A stretch of 64,000 nucleotides of DNA from NCBI GenBank assembly GCA_963812155.1, contig CAWETW010000003.1, positions 320,001 to 384,000 of the forward strand, written 5' to 3'. The notes below the pieces were generated by a model. It did not search any database, was not told the DNA's origin, and was given only the letters and a program-made list of their open reading frames with translations. The stretch is from Vulcanimicrobiota bacterium. GTDB taxonomy: Bacteria > Vulcanimicrobiota > Vulcanimicrobiia > Vulcanimicrobiales > Vulcanimicrobiaceae. This document shows, piece by piece, positions 20,121 through 29,397 of the stretch (its first letter is position 1; every line of letters begins with the position of its first letter). The position numbers and the translations under genes are program-made.

Positions 20121-21476
20121 ATGAGCGAGTACGACGTAATGGTCGCCGGCGGCGGCAACGCCGGCTGCGCGGCTGCAATCGCGGCCGCTCGCCACGGCGC
20201 GCGCACGCTGCTCGTCGAGCGCTACGGGTTTCTCGGGGGCACGGCGACGGCTTCGATGGTCGGACCGTGGATGACGTTTCACTCCGGTGAGGATCGCATC
20301 GTCGGCGGCATCGCCCAAGAGATCGTGGAGCGGCTGATGCGTTCGGGCGCGTCTCCCGGACATCTGCGCGATTCGTCCGACTACGTCGCGACGATCACGC
20401 CGTTCGATCCCGAGGCGCACAAAGCGCTGCTGTTCGAAATGATGCGCGAGGCCGGCGTCGCGTTGCTGCTGCACGCCTACGCGCTCGATGCGCAGGTCGA
20501 AGACGATACGGTGCGCGGCGCCTCCTTCGCGACGGTCGGCGGCGTGCGGCCGTATCGCGCGACGGTCACGATCGACGCGACCGCCGATGCTTTCGTTGCG
20601 GCTTCGGCCGGCGTGCCGACGCAGCAGGGCGACGAGCGCGGACGCGTGCAGCCCGCCAGTTTGATGTTTCGCTTGAGCCACGTGAATCTCGACGCACTCG
20701 CCGGCTACGTGCGCGCGCATCCCGATCAAATGCGCACGTCGCTGCCGCCGGAAGAACGAACGGCATCCGCATTGACGGCGGTGGCGGGGTTGCGCGATCT
20801 GTGGGAGGGCGCGCGCCGCGACGGCATCGTGAACGTGCCGCGCGAACTCGTGTCGTTTTTTATTTCGCCGTACCCTGACGAAGTCACCGTCAACATGACG
20901 CGCGTCGTCGAGATCGATCCGCTCGATCCCGACGATCTCACGCGCGCCGAAGTCGAGGCCCGGCTGCAGGTGATGCAGTTGCTCGAGTTCTTTCGCCGCC
21001 GCGTTCCGGGATTCGAGCACGCGCGGTTGGCGGCGACCGGAACGCAAATCGGCATTCGCGAGTCGCGGCGCATCGTCGGCCGCTACACGCTGACCGCGGC
21101 GGACGTGCTCGAGGCGCGGCATTTCGACGATGCGGTCGCGCGCAGCGCGTACCCGATCGACATTCACAATCCGTCCGGTTCGGGCACGACGACGAAACGA
21201 TTGGCCCCCGGCAGCGCGTACGAGATTCCGTACCGCTGTTTGCTGCCGGTCAACCGCGAGCAGTTGCTCGTTGCCGGACGCTGCATCTCGACGACGCACG
21301 AAGCGCTGGCGTCGACACGATTGACGCCGACCGTGATGACGCTGGGTCAGGCTGCCGGAACCGCGGCGGCGCTGGCCTGCGAACGGCACGTCCGCGCCGG
21401 CGACGTGGATGCGAGCGAACTGCGCGCGCGGCTCGTCGCCGACGGCGTTGACTTACGGCGCGAGGCGACGCGATGA
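20121..21476 (+). CDS. FAD-dependent oxidoreductase (FAD_oxidored-like)
   Basis: VAGGGNAG, ERYGFLGG, IDATADA, GIRESRRIVG, YEIPYRCLLP, VAGRCIS. Confidence 0.85.
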   Translation: MSEYDVMVAGGGNAGCAAAIAAARHGARTLLVERYGFLGGTATASMVGPWMTFHSGEDRIVGGIAQEIVERLMRSGASPGHLRDSSDYVATITPFDPEAHKALLFEMMREAGVALLLHAYALDAQVEDDTVRGASFATVGGVRPYRATVTIDATADAFVAASAGVPTQQGDERGRVQPASLMFRLSHVNLDALAGYVRAHPDQMRTSLPPEERTASALTAVAGLRDLWEGARRDGIVNVPRELVSFFISPYPDEVTVNMTRVVEIDPLDPDDLTRAEVEARLQVMQLLEFFRRRVPGFEHARLAATGTQIGIRESRRIVGRYTLTAADVLEARHFDDAVARSAYPIDIHNPSGSGTTTKRLAPGSAYEIPYRCLLPVNREQLLVAGRCISTTHEALASTRLTPTVMTLGQAAGTAAALACERHVRAGDVDASELRARLVADGVDLRREATR

Positions 21477-21778
21477 ACGCCGCGTTGCGGCTGGCGCGCG
21501 CGTACGGCGTCGCGGTCTCGTTCGCCGATTTAGGCGATTGGGGTACGGCCGAGCTTCGCTCCGAGTACGACCCGCGCGGGCCGTCCATCCGCATCAACCA
21601 ACGCGTCGCGGGCCGGTTATCGGGAACGGCATTGCGTGAGTTCGTCGCGCTCGCGGTCGCGCACGAACTCTACCATCATCGCGAGTACATCGGAGAGATT
21701 CTCACGGTTGCAGATCCGGCGCGGCGCGAAGACGAAGCCGGGCGCTACGCTGCGCACCTGTTGCGAGCGTCGCGATGA
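21473..21778 (+). CDS. Small HExxH protein (ImmA/IrrE-like metallopeptidase motif)
   Basis: VAHELYHH...EDEA; 4-nt overlaps with both neighbours. Confidence 0.7.
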   Translation: MNAALRLARAYGVAVSFADLGDWGTAELRSEYDPRGPSIRINQRVAGRLSGTALREFVALAVAHELYHHREYIGEILTVADPARREDEAGRYAAHLLRASR

Positions 21779-22689
21779 GCGCGTACGTCGCCGGAATCGA
21801 CGGCGGTCAGACTTCGACCGAAGCCGTCATCGGAGACGAGCACGGACGCATCGTCGGACGCGGCAGCGCCGGTCCGGCCGACGAGTTGGGCGTGGGGCCG
21901 GAGTCGAACCGGTTGCGCGACGCGCTCTCGGCCGCGCTGGACGCAGCGCGCCGCGATGCGGGGTTGCCCGAAGCGACGCGCTATCGTGCAATCGTCGCCG
22001 GCGTTAGCGGATACGCGGGAGAGGTTCGCGGCAACGCGCCCGCATTGCCGGCCGAGCGCCTCACGCTGTTGCACGATGCACCCGTCGCGCATGCCGGCGC
22101 GCTCGCCGGCGAACCCGGAATCGTCGTCATCGCGGGCACCGGTTCGTTCGTCTACGGGTCGGCGCCCGGCGTTACGTGGAGCGCGGGCGGCTGGGGCTAC
22201 CTCTTCGGCGACGAGGGCAGTGCGTTCTGGACGGCACGTGAAGCGCTGTCCGAACTCATGCGCCGGGAAGACGAGGGCTTGCGAGCCGATCGGGAAGCGC
22301 TCGCCGCCTGCGACTTCTTCGGCCTTCCTTCTTTACGCGAGGTGGCGCGCGCGGCATATGCGGGCGAGATCGGTCGCCCGGAGATAGCGGCGTTCGCACC
22401 GGTTGCGATGCGATGGGAGCGGTTCGCAGCCATTGGGATGCGCGGCGCGGAGCGCCTCGCGACGCTCGTTGCGGCCGCGGCTGAGGCTGGGGTGCCAGCA
22501 ACGGTCGCCTGCATCGGAGGCATGTTCGGCGACGACGGATTCGCGCGCCGTTTTACCGAGCGTGTCGTTGAAGCGATTCCGAGCGCGCGTGTCGTCCCGC
22601 CGCGCTACGATCCGAGCGCCGGCGCGTTGCTGATCGCCTATCGCGAGGCCGGCCTCGGGCCGTTCGATGCGATCGCGGTACGCTCGTGA
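21775..22689 (+). CDS. BadF/BadG/BcrA/BcrD-family sugar kinase (GlcNAc kinase-like)
   Basis: GIDGGQTST, IAGTGS, GGWGYLFGDEGSA. Confidence 0.85.
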   Translation: MSAYVAGIDGGQTSTEAVIGDEHGRIVGRGSAGPADELGVGPESNRLRDALSAALDAARRDAGLPEATRYRAIVAGVSGYAGEVRGNAPALPAERLTLLHDAPVAHAGALAGEPGIVVIAGTGSFVYGSAPGVTWSAGGWGYLFGDEGSAFWTAREALSELMRREDEGLRADREALAACDFFGLPSLREVARAAYAGEIGRPEIAAFAPVAMRWERFAAIGMRGAERLATLVAAAAEAGVPATVACIGGMFGDDGFARRFTERVVEAIPSARVVPPRYDPSAGALLIAYREAGLGPFDAIAVRS

Positions 22690-23369
22690 GCGTGCTCGAC
22701 GCCTTACGCGGCGGCTTGATCGTGTCGGTGCAAGCCTGGAAGGGTTCGGCACTCGACGATCCACTCGTCATCGCGGCGCTCGCGCGCGCCGCGCAGGACG
22801 GCGGCGCCGTCGCGGTTCGCGTCGCCGGAGAGGCGCATCTGCGCGCGGTCCGCAAGCGGGTCGAAATTCCGATCGTCGGCCTTATCAAGCGCGAATATCC
22901 GGGCTTCGAGCCGTACATCACGCCGGCGTGCGAAGAAGTCGCCGCGATCGTCGCAGCCGGCGCCGAGATCGTGGCGTTCGATGCGACCGCGCGGCCGCGA
23001 CCGGCGGGTGCGACCATTGCCGCAATCGTCGACGCGATCGCCGCGGCAGGGTGCGTGCCGATGGCCGATTGCGCGACGGCCGCCGACGCGCGACGCGCCG
23101 CCGCACTCGGATCGCCGATTGTCGCGACGACGCTGTGCGGCTACACACCGGAAACGGCCGGTCAGCAGCTGCCGGCGCTATCACTGGTGCGCGAGTTGGC
23201 GTCGCTTGATGCTTTCGTCGTATGCGAGGGCGGCGTAACGGAACCGGCGCACGTACGCGCGGCGCTCGACGCGGGTGCCGACGCAGTCGTGGTCGGAACG
23301 GCGATAACTAATGTAGACTGGCTAGTACGGCGGTTTGCAGGTTCTGCGGACACCGTGCGAAACCGCTAA
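22686..23369 (+). CDS. nanE: N-acetylmannosamine-6-phosphate 2-epimerase
   Basis: GLIVSVQA, PIVGLIKR, YITP, DATARPRP, TTLCGYT, VVGTAIT. Confidence 0.9.
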   Translation: MSVLDALRGGLIVSVQAWKGSALDDPLVIAALARAAQDGGAVAVRVAGEAHLRAVRKRVEIPIVGLIKREYPGFEPYITPACEEVAAIVAAGAEIVAFDATARPRPAGATIAAIVDAIAAAGCVPMADCATAADARRAAALGSPIVATTLCGYTPETAGQQLPALSLVRELASLDAFVVCEGGVTEPAHVRAALDAGADAVVVGTAITNVDWLVRRFAGSADTVRNR

Positions 23370-23405
23370 CCCGACACTAGCCCCGGACGATGGAGAGTAC
23401 GTTCA

Positions 23406-24497
23406 TTGGTTGAGAATGGAGCGCAGCCCGTGCGCCTCGGCCGCGGATTCTGGCTGGTTACGGCGCTGCTGGCCGCGCTCGGCGCCGCCGGGATCGTCTT
23501 CTGGTACGTGTTTCCGCTCGAACGCTACCTGCCCGCGGCGATCGTCACCGCGCGCCAGGTCGATACCCTGTTCAAGTTCATGGCGGCGACGGGGACGGCG
23601 CTCTACATCTTCGTCTTGGGGTATCTCGTCTATTTCGCACTGGCGTTTCGGGTGCGTGCGAGCGACCCGCCGGATGCCATCGGCGTCCAAATTCACGACA
23701 ATCCAAAGCTCGAGTTTTGGTGGGCGATCATCCCGGTGCTGTTCGTCATTCTGCTCTCGGTCGTTTCGGTGCGAATCTGGTACGAGATCATGCTCGAGCC
23801 CGAAAACGGCATCGTCGTGCAGGCGATCGGACACCAGTTCGATTTCACGTTCCGCTACCCGCAGATCAACGGTGAAATCTCCGACGAGATGCATCTGCCG
23901 GTCAACGTGCCGGTGACGCTCAACCTGACGTCGTCCGACGTGATTCACTCGTTCTGGGTTCCGGCGATGCGTCTCAAGAACGACACCGTGCCCGGACTCG
24001 TGACGTCGATCCGCTTCACGCCGCGCCTGACCGGGCGGTATCAGATCATCTGCACGCAGTTCTGCGGCGTGCTGCATAGCCAAATGAACAAGCAAGTGCT
24101 TGTGGTCGAAGACAAAGGCACGTTCAACACCTGGTATCGCGCCATGCAGCTCAAGAACGCGCACGTCAGCAACGTGCTGCCGGCGGCGGGCGGTGCGATC
24201 TCGCTGGCGGGCGGCTCGGCGCCGGCCGGTCAAACGCTCTTCGCGCAAAAGTGCTCGGCTTGCCACGCAGTCGGTCCGTTCGATCAGCGCATCGTCGGCC
24301 CGGGACTCAAGGGCGTGCTGCACGACCCGGCGCATCCGAACCTCGTCAACGGCGAGCCGGCCACGCCTGGCAACGTCGCGAAAATTCTGCAAACCGGGTA
24401 TACCGGCAGCATCGGCACCATGCCCAACGCCACCACCAACGGATTGTCGAGTCAAGACATCGCCAATCTCGTCGCCTATCTGGAGACTTTGAAGTAA
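23406..24497 (+). CDS. coxB: Cytochrome c oxidase subunit II with fused cytochrome c
   Basis: DVIHSFW, CTQFCGVLHSQM CuA site, C-terminal CSACH heme motif. Confidence 0.9.
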   Translation: MVENGAQPVRLGRGFWLVTALLAALGAAGIVFWYVFPLERYLPAAIVTARQVDTLFKFMAATGTALYIFVLGYLVYFALAFRVRASDPPDAIGVQIHDNPKLEFWWAIIPVLFVILLSVVSVRIWYEIMLEPENGIVVQAIGHQFDFTFRYPQINGEISDEMHLPVNVPVTLNLTSSDVIHSFWVPAMRLKNDTVPGLVTSIRFTPRLTGRYQIICTQFCGVLHSQMNKQVLVVEDKGTFNTWYRAMQLKNAHVSNVLPAAGGAISLAGGSAPAGQTLFAQKCSACHAVGPFDQRIVGPGLKGVLHDPAHPNLVNGEPATPGNVAKILQTGYTGSIGTMPNATTNGLSSQDIANLVAYLETLK

Positions 24498-24523
24498 GCG
24501 GCCAACGTGGCCGAGAGGAATAC

Positions 24524-26206
24524 ATGTCGACCCAAGCAGCGCAACTGACCCACGGCGGAGGCATCGCCGACCACATCCATCCCGAACCGCAAGGATTCGT
24601 CCGCCGGTACGTCTTTTCAATCGACCACAAGATCATCGGCATTCAGTATCTGATCACCGCGTGGGTGTTCTTCATTCTCGCGGGACTGCTGGCGGAAGTG
24701 ATCCGCACGCAGCTGCTCAATGCCAACGGCGGTTTCGTCTCCCCCGAAACGTACAACGAAGTCTACAGCGTTCACGGCAGCACGATGGTGTGGCTGGTCG
24801 TGATCCCGATGCTCACCGGCGGATTCGGCAATCTCATCTTTCCGCTGCAGATCGGCGCGCGCGACGTCGCCTTCCCGTGGTTGAACATGTTGAGCTTCTG
24901 GATCTTTCCGGTGGCTGGTTTGATGCTGTTCTCATCGTTCCTGATGGGCGCGCCGACGGCCGGCTGGACGGAATATCCGCCGGTCTCGTTACAAGGCGCC
25001 GCCGGGACGTCGATGTGGGCGGCCGCAATCTTCCTGGTCGGCGTCAGTTCGACGCTGACCGGCATCAACTTCGTCGTCACGTTGCTCAAGATGCGCGCGC
25101 CGGGCATGACGTTCACGCGCATGCCGCTCTTTTGCTGGGGCCAGTTCGCGACCGCGCCGCTGCTGATGATCGCCACCACCGCGCTCGCCGCCGCCCTCGC
25201 GGCGCTGTTCATGGAGCGCGTCTTCGGCGTGCCGTTCTACGACCCGACCAAAGGCGGAAGCCCGGTGCTGTGGCAGCACATGTTCTGGTTCTACTCGCAT
25301 CCGGCCGTCTACATCATGATCTTGCCGGCGTTCGGCATCGTCTCCGAGGTGCTGCCCACCTTTTCGCGCAAGCCGATCTTCGGCTACAAGTTGATTGCCT
25401 TTTCGTCGGCGGCGATCGCGCTGGCCGGCTTCATGGTCTGGGCGCACCACATGTTCACGTCGGGCCTCGCACCGTACTTGCAGCTGCCCTTCATGATTAT
25501 CACGTTTGTCATCGGCGTTCCGACCGGCATCAAAATCTTCTCGTGGACTGCGACCCTGTGGGGCGGAAAGATTCACCTGACGACGGCGATGCTGTTCTCC
25601 ATCGGCTTCATCGCGCTGTTCACGTGCGGAGGCATCACCGGAATCTTCTTGGCCGCGGTGCCCTACGACCTCGACGTGCACGGCACGTACTTCGTCGTCG
25701 CGCACTTCCACTACGTGCTCGTGGGCGGCAGTTTAATGGGCATCTTTTCGGGGATGTACTACTGGTTCCCGAAGATGTCGGGACGGTTGCTCAACGAGAC
25801 GTTCGGCAAGATCCACTTCTGGTTGTTCTTCGTCGGATTCAACGGAACGTTCTTGCCGATGCATTGGCTGGGCGTGGAAGGCATGCCGCGCTGGGTTGCG
25901 ACCTACGATCCGCAGTTCGAGTTTTGGAACCGGTTCGCGTCGGTCTCTTCGTACGTGATGGGCATTGCGATCCTCGTGTTCTTCGCCAACGTGCTGTGGA
26001 GCATTCGCAACGGCAAGAAATCCGGACCGAATCCCTGGGGCGGAAGGACGCTCGAATGGATGATCCCCTCGCCGCCGCACTACTACAACTTCAAGCACAT
26101 TCCGACCGTCTACGGGCTGCCGTACGATTTCTCGCATCCGCTTCCATATAAAGGGTTGGAAGACGAACTGACCGACACGCCGCCGGTCACGGCGGGAGCC
26201 CACTGA
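24524..26206 (+). CDS. coxA: Cytochrome c oxidase subunit I (A2 type)
   Basis: DHKIIG, WFYSHPAVY, WAHHMF, VAHFHYV; ATG 24524 after a GAGG RBS. Confidence 0.95.
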   Translation: MSTQAAQLTHGGGIADHIHPEPQGFVRRYVFSIDHKIIGIQYLITAWVFFILAGLLAEVIRTQLLNANGGFVSPETYNEVYSVHGSTMVWLVVIPMLTGGFGNLIFPLQIGARDVAFPWLNMLSFWIFPVAGLMLFSSFLMGAPTAGWTEYPPVSLQGAAGTSMWAAAIFLVGVSSTLTGINFVVTLLKMRAPGMTFTRMPLFCWGQFATAPLLMIATTALAAALAALFMERVFGVPFYDPTKGGSPVLWQHMFWFYSHPAVYIMILPAFGIVSEVLPTFSRKPIFGYKLIAFSSAAIALAGFMVWAHHMFTSGLAPYLQLPFMIITFVIGVPTGIKIFSWTATLWGGKIHLTTAMLFSIGFIALFTCGGITGIFLAAVPYDLDVHGTYFVVAHFHYVLVGGSLMGIFSGMYYWFPKMSGRLLNETFGKIHFWLFFVGFNGTFLPMHWLGVEGMPRWVATYDPQFEFWNRFASVSSYVMGIAILVFFANVLWSIRNGKKSGPNPWGGRTLEWMIPSPPHYYNFKHIPTVYGLPYDFSHPLPYKGLEDELTDTPPVTAGAH

Positions 26207-26826
26207 TGGCGGTGGCATCGGTCACGCGCGCCGGTGTGGGAGAGCCTCCCGTCGATCAGCTCTACGCAGAAACGCGCGAGCTGAGGCTGCAAGGCTTCCT
26301 GCTCTTCCTGATTAGCGACTGCGTGCTGTTCTCGTCGTTCATCTTCGCTTATCTCTACCTGCGCAACAGCGGTCAAGGGTGGCCGCCGCCCGGCATCAAG
26401 CATCTCGACGTCGCCTTCGCGGCGTGGAACTCGGTGCTGCTCTTCGGTTCGGGCGCGACGATGCACTACGCCCTCGAGAATTGGAAGCACGGCAACTTCA
26501 TCAAGTATATGTGGATGCTGATCTTCACGATTATCCTGGGCGCCGGGTTCCTCGGGGGCCAGGCCTACGAATACACCCACTTAATATTCGGCGAACACGT
26601 GAGCTGGTGGGGCAGCGGCATCTTCGGCGCATCGTTCTTCACGCTGACCGGCATGCACGGATTCCACGTTTTCGTCGGCGTCTGTTATCTCACCGTGCTG
26701 CTGATGCAGTCGGCCGCCGGCGTCTACACGGGAGAGAAGTACTTCGGCATTACCGCGGGCACGCTCTACTGGCATTTCGTCGACGTCATCTGGGTCGTGC
26801 TCTTCTCGATTTTCTATCTGATATGA
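26206..26826 (+). CDS. coxC: Cytochrome c oxidase subunit III
   Basis: TGMHGFHV, YWHFVDVIW. Confidence 0.9.
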   Translation: MAVASVTRAGVGEPPVDQLYAETRELRLQGFLLFLISDCVLFSSFIFAYLYLRNSGQGWPPPGIKHLDVAFAAWNSVLLFGSGATMHYALENWKHGNFIKYMWMLIFTIILGAGFLGGQAYEYTHLIFGEHVSWWGSGIFGASFFTLTGMHGFHVFVGVCYLTVLLMQSAAGVYTGEKYFGITAGTLYWHFVDVIWVVLFSIFYLI

Positions 26827-26838
26827 GGAATCGTCCGC

Positions 26839-27051
26839 ATGCACGTTGATCCCGTCATTCTCGAACGTACCGGCGCCATCGCCGGAGGCATCGTCGTTGG
26901 AATCGTCGCGATCTACGCGCTGTACAAAGACTGGACGACTCCCGGTGTCGAAAACCACGTTTTCAAACTCATGCTGCTGCTGCTCGGCATCGGTGCCATC
27001 CTCGCCATTTTGGCGGGCGCGGGCGTGCTCGGCAACTTCCCAACGGCATAA
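26839..27051 (+). CDS. Small 2-TM membrane protein in the cox operon
   Basis: GAGG RBS; two hydrophobic segments. Confidence 0.65.
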   Translation: MHVDPVILERTGAIAGGIVVGIVAIYALYKDWTTPGVENHVFKLMLLLLGIGAILAILAGAGVLGNFPTA

Positions 27052-27069
27052 AACTACGGAGCGCGTGCG

Positions 27070-27273
27070 ATGATCGTCCCAGATGAAGAATATCTCGATT
27101 TCAGCAGGGTTCCGCAGAGCCGCGGCGTTCCGCGCCCGCTCACCTATGCCATCGTCATCGGCTTGTTGATGATTTTCGCCATCGGCGGGGCGACCTGTCT
27201 ATTGTCGGGCTACGGCCACGAGTGGCCCGCGACGCACTCGATGCGCGTGGACCTCGGCACTCTACACGAGTAA
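27070..27273 (+). CDS. Small 1-TM membrane protein
   Basis: GGAG RBS; one hydrophobic segment. Confidence 0.6.
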   Translation: MIVPDEEYLDFSRVPQSRGVPRPLTYAIVIGLLMIFAIGGATCLLSGYGHEWPATHSMRVDLGTLHE

Positions 27274-27289
27274 TTCTTTTCGCGACTAC

Positions 27290-27444
27290 GAGCCTTCTAA
27301 GCAAGGAACGCGCCGCCCTCGGGACGTTCGCGTTTTCGCATCCATGACGAAAACGCTTCTCGCTGGCTCCGCGCTCCCGGGCATCCAGCCCTCCGCGCCT
27401 CGTCCAGACGCCCTCGGGCCAGCGCGTTCCTTGCTCGAAGGCTC
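27290..27444. repeat. ~155-bp element bounded by imperfect terminal inverted repeats (MITE-like or structured RNA)
   Basis: gagccttctaagcaaggaacgcgc (27290-27313) versus gcgcgttccttgctcgaaggctc (27422-27444); internal hairpin 27330-27356. Confidence 0.6.
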
Positions 27445-28032
27445 TTAGTCGCGGAAGCGTTCGCGCGCTATACCGATAGCGAGCGGCGGCATTTCCTCGT
27501 CGGGAAGTAAGCCGGTGGCTTTGCCGTCGATGCGGTGAATCCCGGCGTAGACCGAGAACTCGATGAGCGACGGAATGGTCGCGTTGGGTAAACGCTTTTG
27601 GCCGAGCCATTCCCATTCACACGCGATCGCGCGATCGGGGAAGAGCGCGGCGACGTAACCGCACGCATCGCCTTGCGAGTGGTCGTCGGGCTCGCGATAG
27701 CGGACGTAACCGTCGAGGACGTAGATCGGCTTGAATGTTTGCAGGTACGCGGAGAACGGCGCGACGAGCACGGCGACGAAATATCCGGCGAAGGCTACGG
27801 CCCCGACGAGAAAAATCGGTGCGATTTTTGCAAGCGTTGCGTCGCTGGTGACGTGTTGCGCGCGCCAGATGACGCCCCATCCCAGCAGCCCCATGAACAG
27901 CATGCCGAGGAGCGGCTCGATTGCAAGTGCGAAGCGGCCGGTCAAACCGCGCCACACGACGCGCCGCTCGCGTGCGGTCCACGGACGGTGCGCGAGTTCG
28001 TGCGCTCGGCGGTCGAATTCGCGGTATTTCAC
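27445..28032 (-). CDS. Hypothetical membrane protein
   Basis: 195-aa ORF, two TM helices followed by a soluble domain. Confidence 0.7.
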   Translation of the reverse strand: MKYREFDRRAHELAHRPWTARERRVVWRGLTGRFALAIEPLLGMLFMGLLGWGVIWRAQHVTSDATLAKIAPIFLVGAVAFAGYFVAVLVAPFSAYLQTFKPIYVLDGYVRYREPDDHSQGDACGYVAALFPDRAIACEWEWLGQKRLPNATIPSLIEFSVYAGIHRIDGKATGLLPDEEMPPLAIGIARERFRD

Positions 28033-28065
28033 AACGACGTCTTTACCCCCACGGGCTGCGGGTCG

Positions 28066-29397
28066 TCACGCCGCTTGGGCGATGGCTCGGGTTCTTTCGT
28101 CGCGGCGCGACTTGAGGCTTGCGGCTAGAGCCAGGGCGACGAAGGCAATCGCACAGAACGCCAAATAGGCGTGCCGGTAGCCGAGCCGTTCGCTGCTTGC
28201 ATAACCGATGAGCCCGCCGGCAAGCGAGCTTCCCAGAATTTGGCCGACGATGAGGCACTGGCTCAGCAGGCCGACCGCGGTCGCGCGTAGTTCCTGCGGC
28301 GTTTCGTTGGTGACGATGTATCGCGTGGGCGCCCCCAGCAGCGCGCCGAAACCGGCGCCCGCCACAATCATGGCGAGCAGCGAGAGCCAGAGCGATCCGA
28401 AGCCGATCGCGAAAATCGCCAGGCCGATCTCCGTGAACGCGGTTCCGGCGAGCAGCACGTCGCGGCTGCCGACGCGGTCGAGCGCGCGACCGGCGCCGGG
28501 GATGACGACGACGAACGTCAGGGCGCCCAGGGCCGCGATCGCGCCGGCCGCCAGTGCCGAGAGATTCTGCGCGCCGATCAACACCGTCGGAATGAAGAAG
28601 AGCGAGCCTTCCAGCATCCCGATTGCGATTTCGAGCGCGTAGGTTTTCGCGAGTTGCGGCGCGCGAAAGAGACTCATCGGCACCGCCGGTGCGTCGGCGG
28701 CGTAGCGTTCCCAAAGAACGAACCCAACGAGCGCGACGACGCCGAGAATGCCGATTGCCGCGTGCGACGCGATGAGCCCGTCCATGATCGCGAGCAAACC
28801 GGTACTTAGAAGGACGAGTCCGACGGCGTCGAGCGGTCGCCGCCGCTGTGGTGCCGTCGACGGCACGTGCAGACGCGCCAGCACGAAAACGGCGATCGCG
28901 AGCGGCACGTTCGGCGCGAAGATCCAACGCCACGACACGAAATGCGTCACCAATCCTCCGAATGCAGGGCCGGCCACGGCCGCCAGTCCCCACGTTGCCG
29001 CCACCAGTCCGAGGGCGGCACCGCGTCTCTCTTGCGGCACGACGTCGCCGATGGCTGCGGTTGCGACCGGAAAGATACCGCCTGCGCCCAGTGCTTGGAG
29101 TGCGCGCGCGGCAAGCAAGACGGGATATGCAGGCGCGGCCATCGCGAGAACGCTGCCGGCGGCGAAGAGCGCGATGCATCCGATGTAGACGTTGCGCCGG
29201 CCGTACCGGTCCGCAAGCGCGCTCGCAATCGCAATCGATACGATGGTCGCGAGGAGGTAGATGGTAAAAACCCATGCGAGGTCGCTGGTCGCAACGCCGA
29301 AGTCCTTGCCGATGGCGGGCAGCGCCGGTGCCAGCACGCTCAAGTCGAGCGCGCCGGCGAAGACTCCTAAGCCGAGCGTGAGGAGCAGCGGTCTCAC
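28066..29397 (-). CDS. MFS transporter (DHA2-like)
   Basis: ALADRYGRR, ARALQALGAGG, GPAFGG; GTG overlaps the ctaB stop. Confidence 0.9.
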   Translation of the reverse strand: MRPLLLTLGLGVFAGALDLSVLAPALPAIGKDFGVATSDLAWVFTIYLLATIVSIAIASALADRYGRRNVYIGCIALFAAGSVLAMAAPAYPVLLAARALQALGAGGIFPVATAAIGDVVPQERRGAALGLVAATWGLAAVAGPAFGGLVTHFVSWRWIFAPNVPLAIAVFVLARLHVPSTAPQRRRPLDAVGLVLLSTGLLAIMDGLIASHAAIGILGVVALVGFVLWERYAADAPAVPMSLFRAPQLAKTYALEIAIGMLEGSLFFIPTVLIGAQNLSALAAGAIAALGALTFVVVIPGAGRALDRVGSRDVLLAGTAFTEIGLAIFAIGFGSLWLSLLAMIVAGAGFGALLGAPTRYIVTNETPQELRATAVGLLSQCLIVGQILGSSLAGGLIGYASSERLGYRHAYLAFCAIAFVALALAASLKSRRDERTRAIAQAA

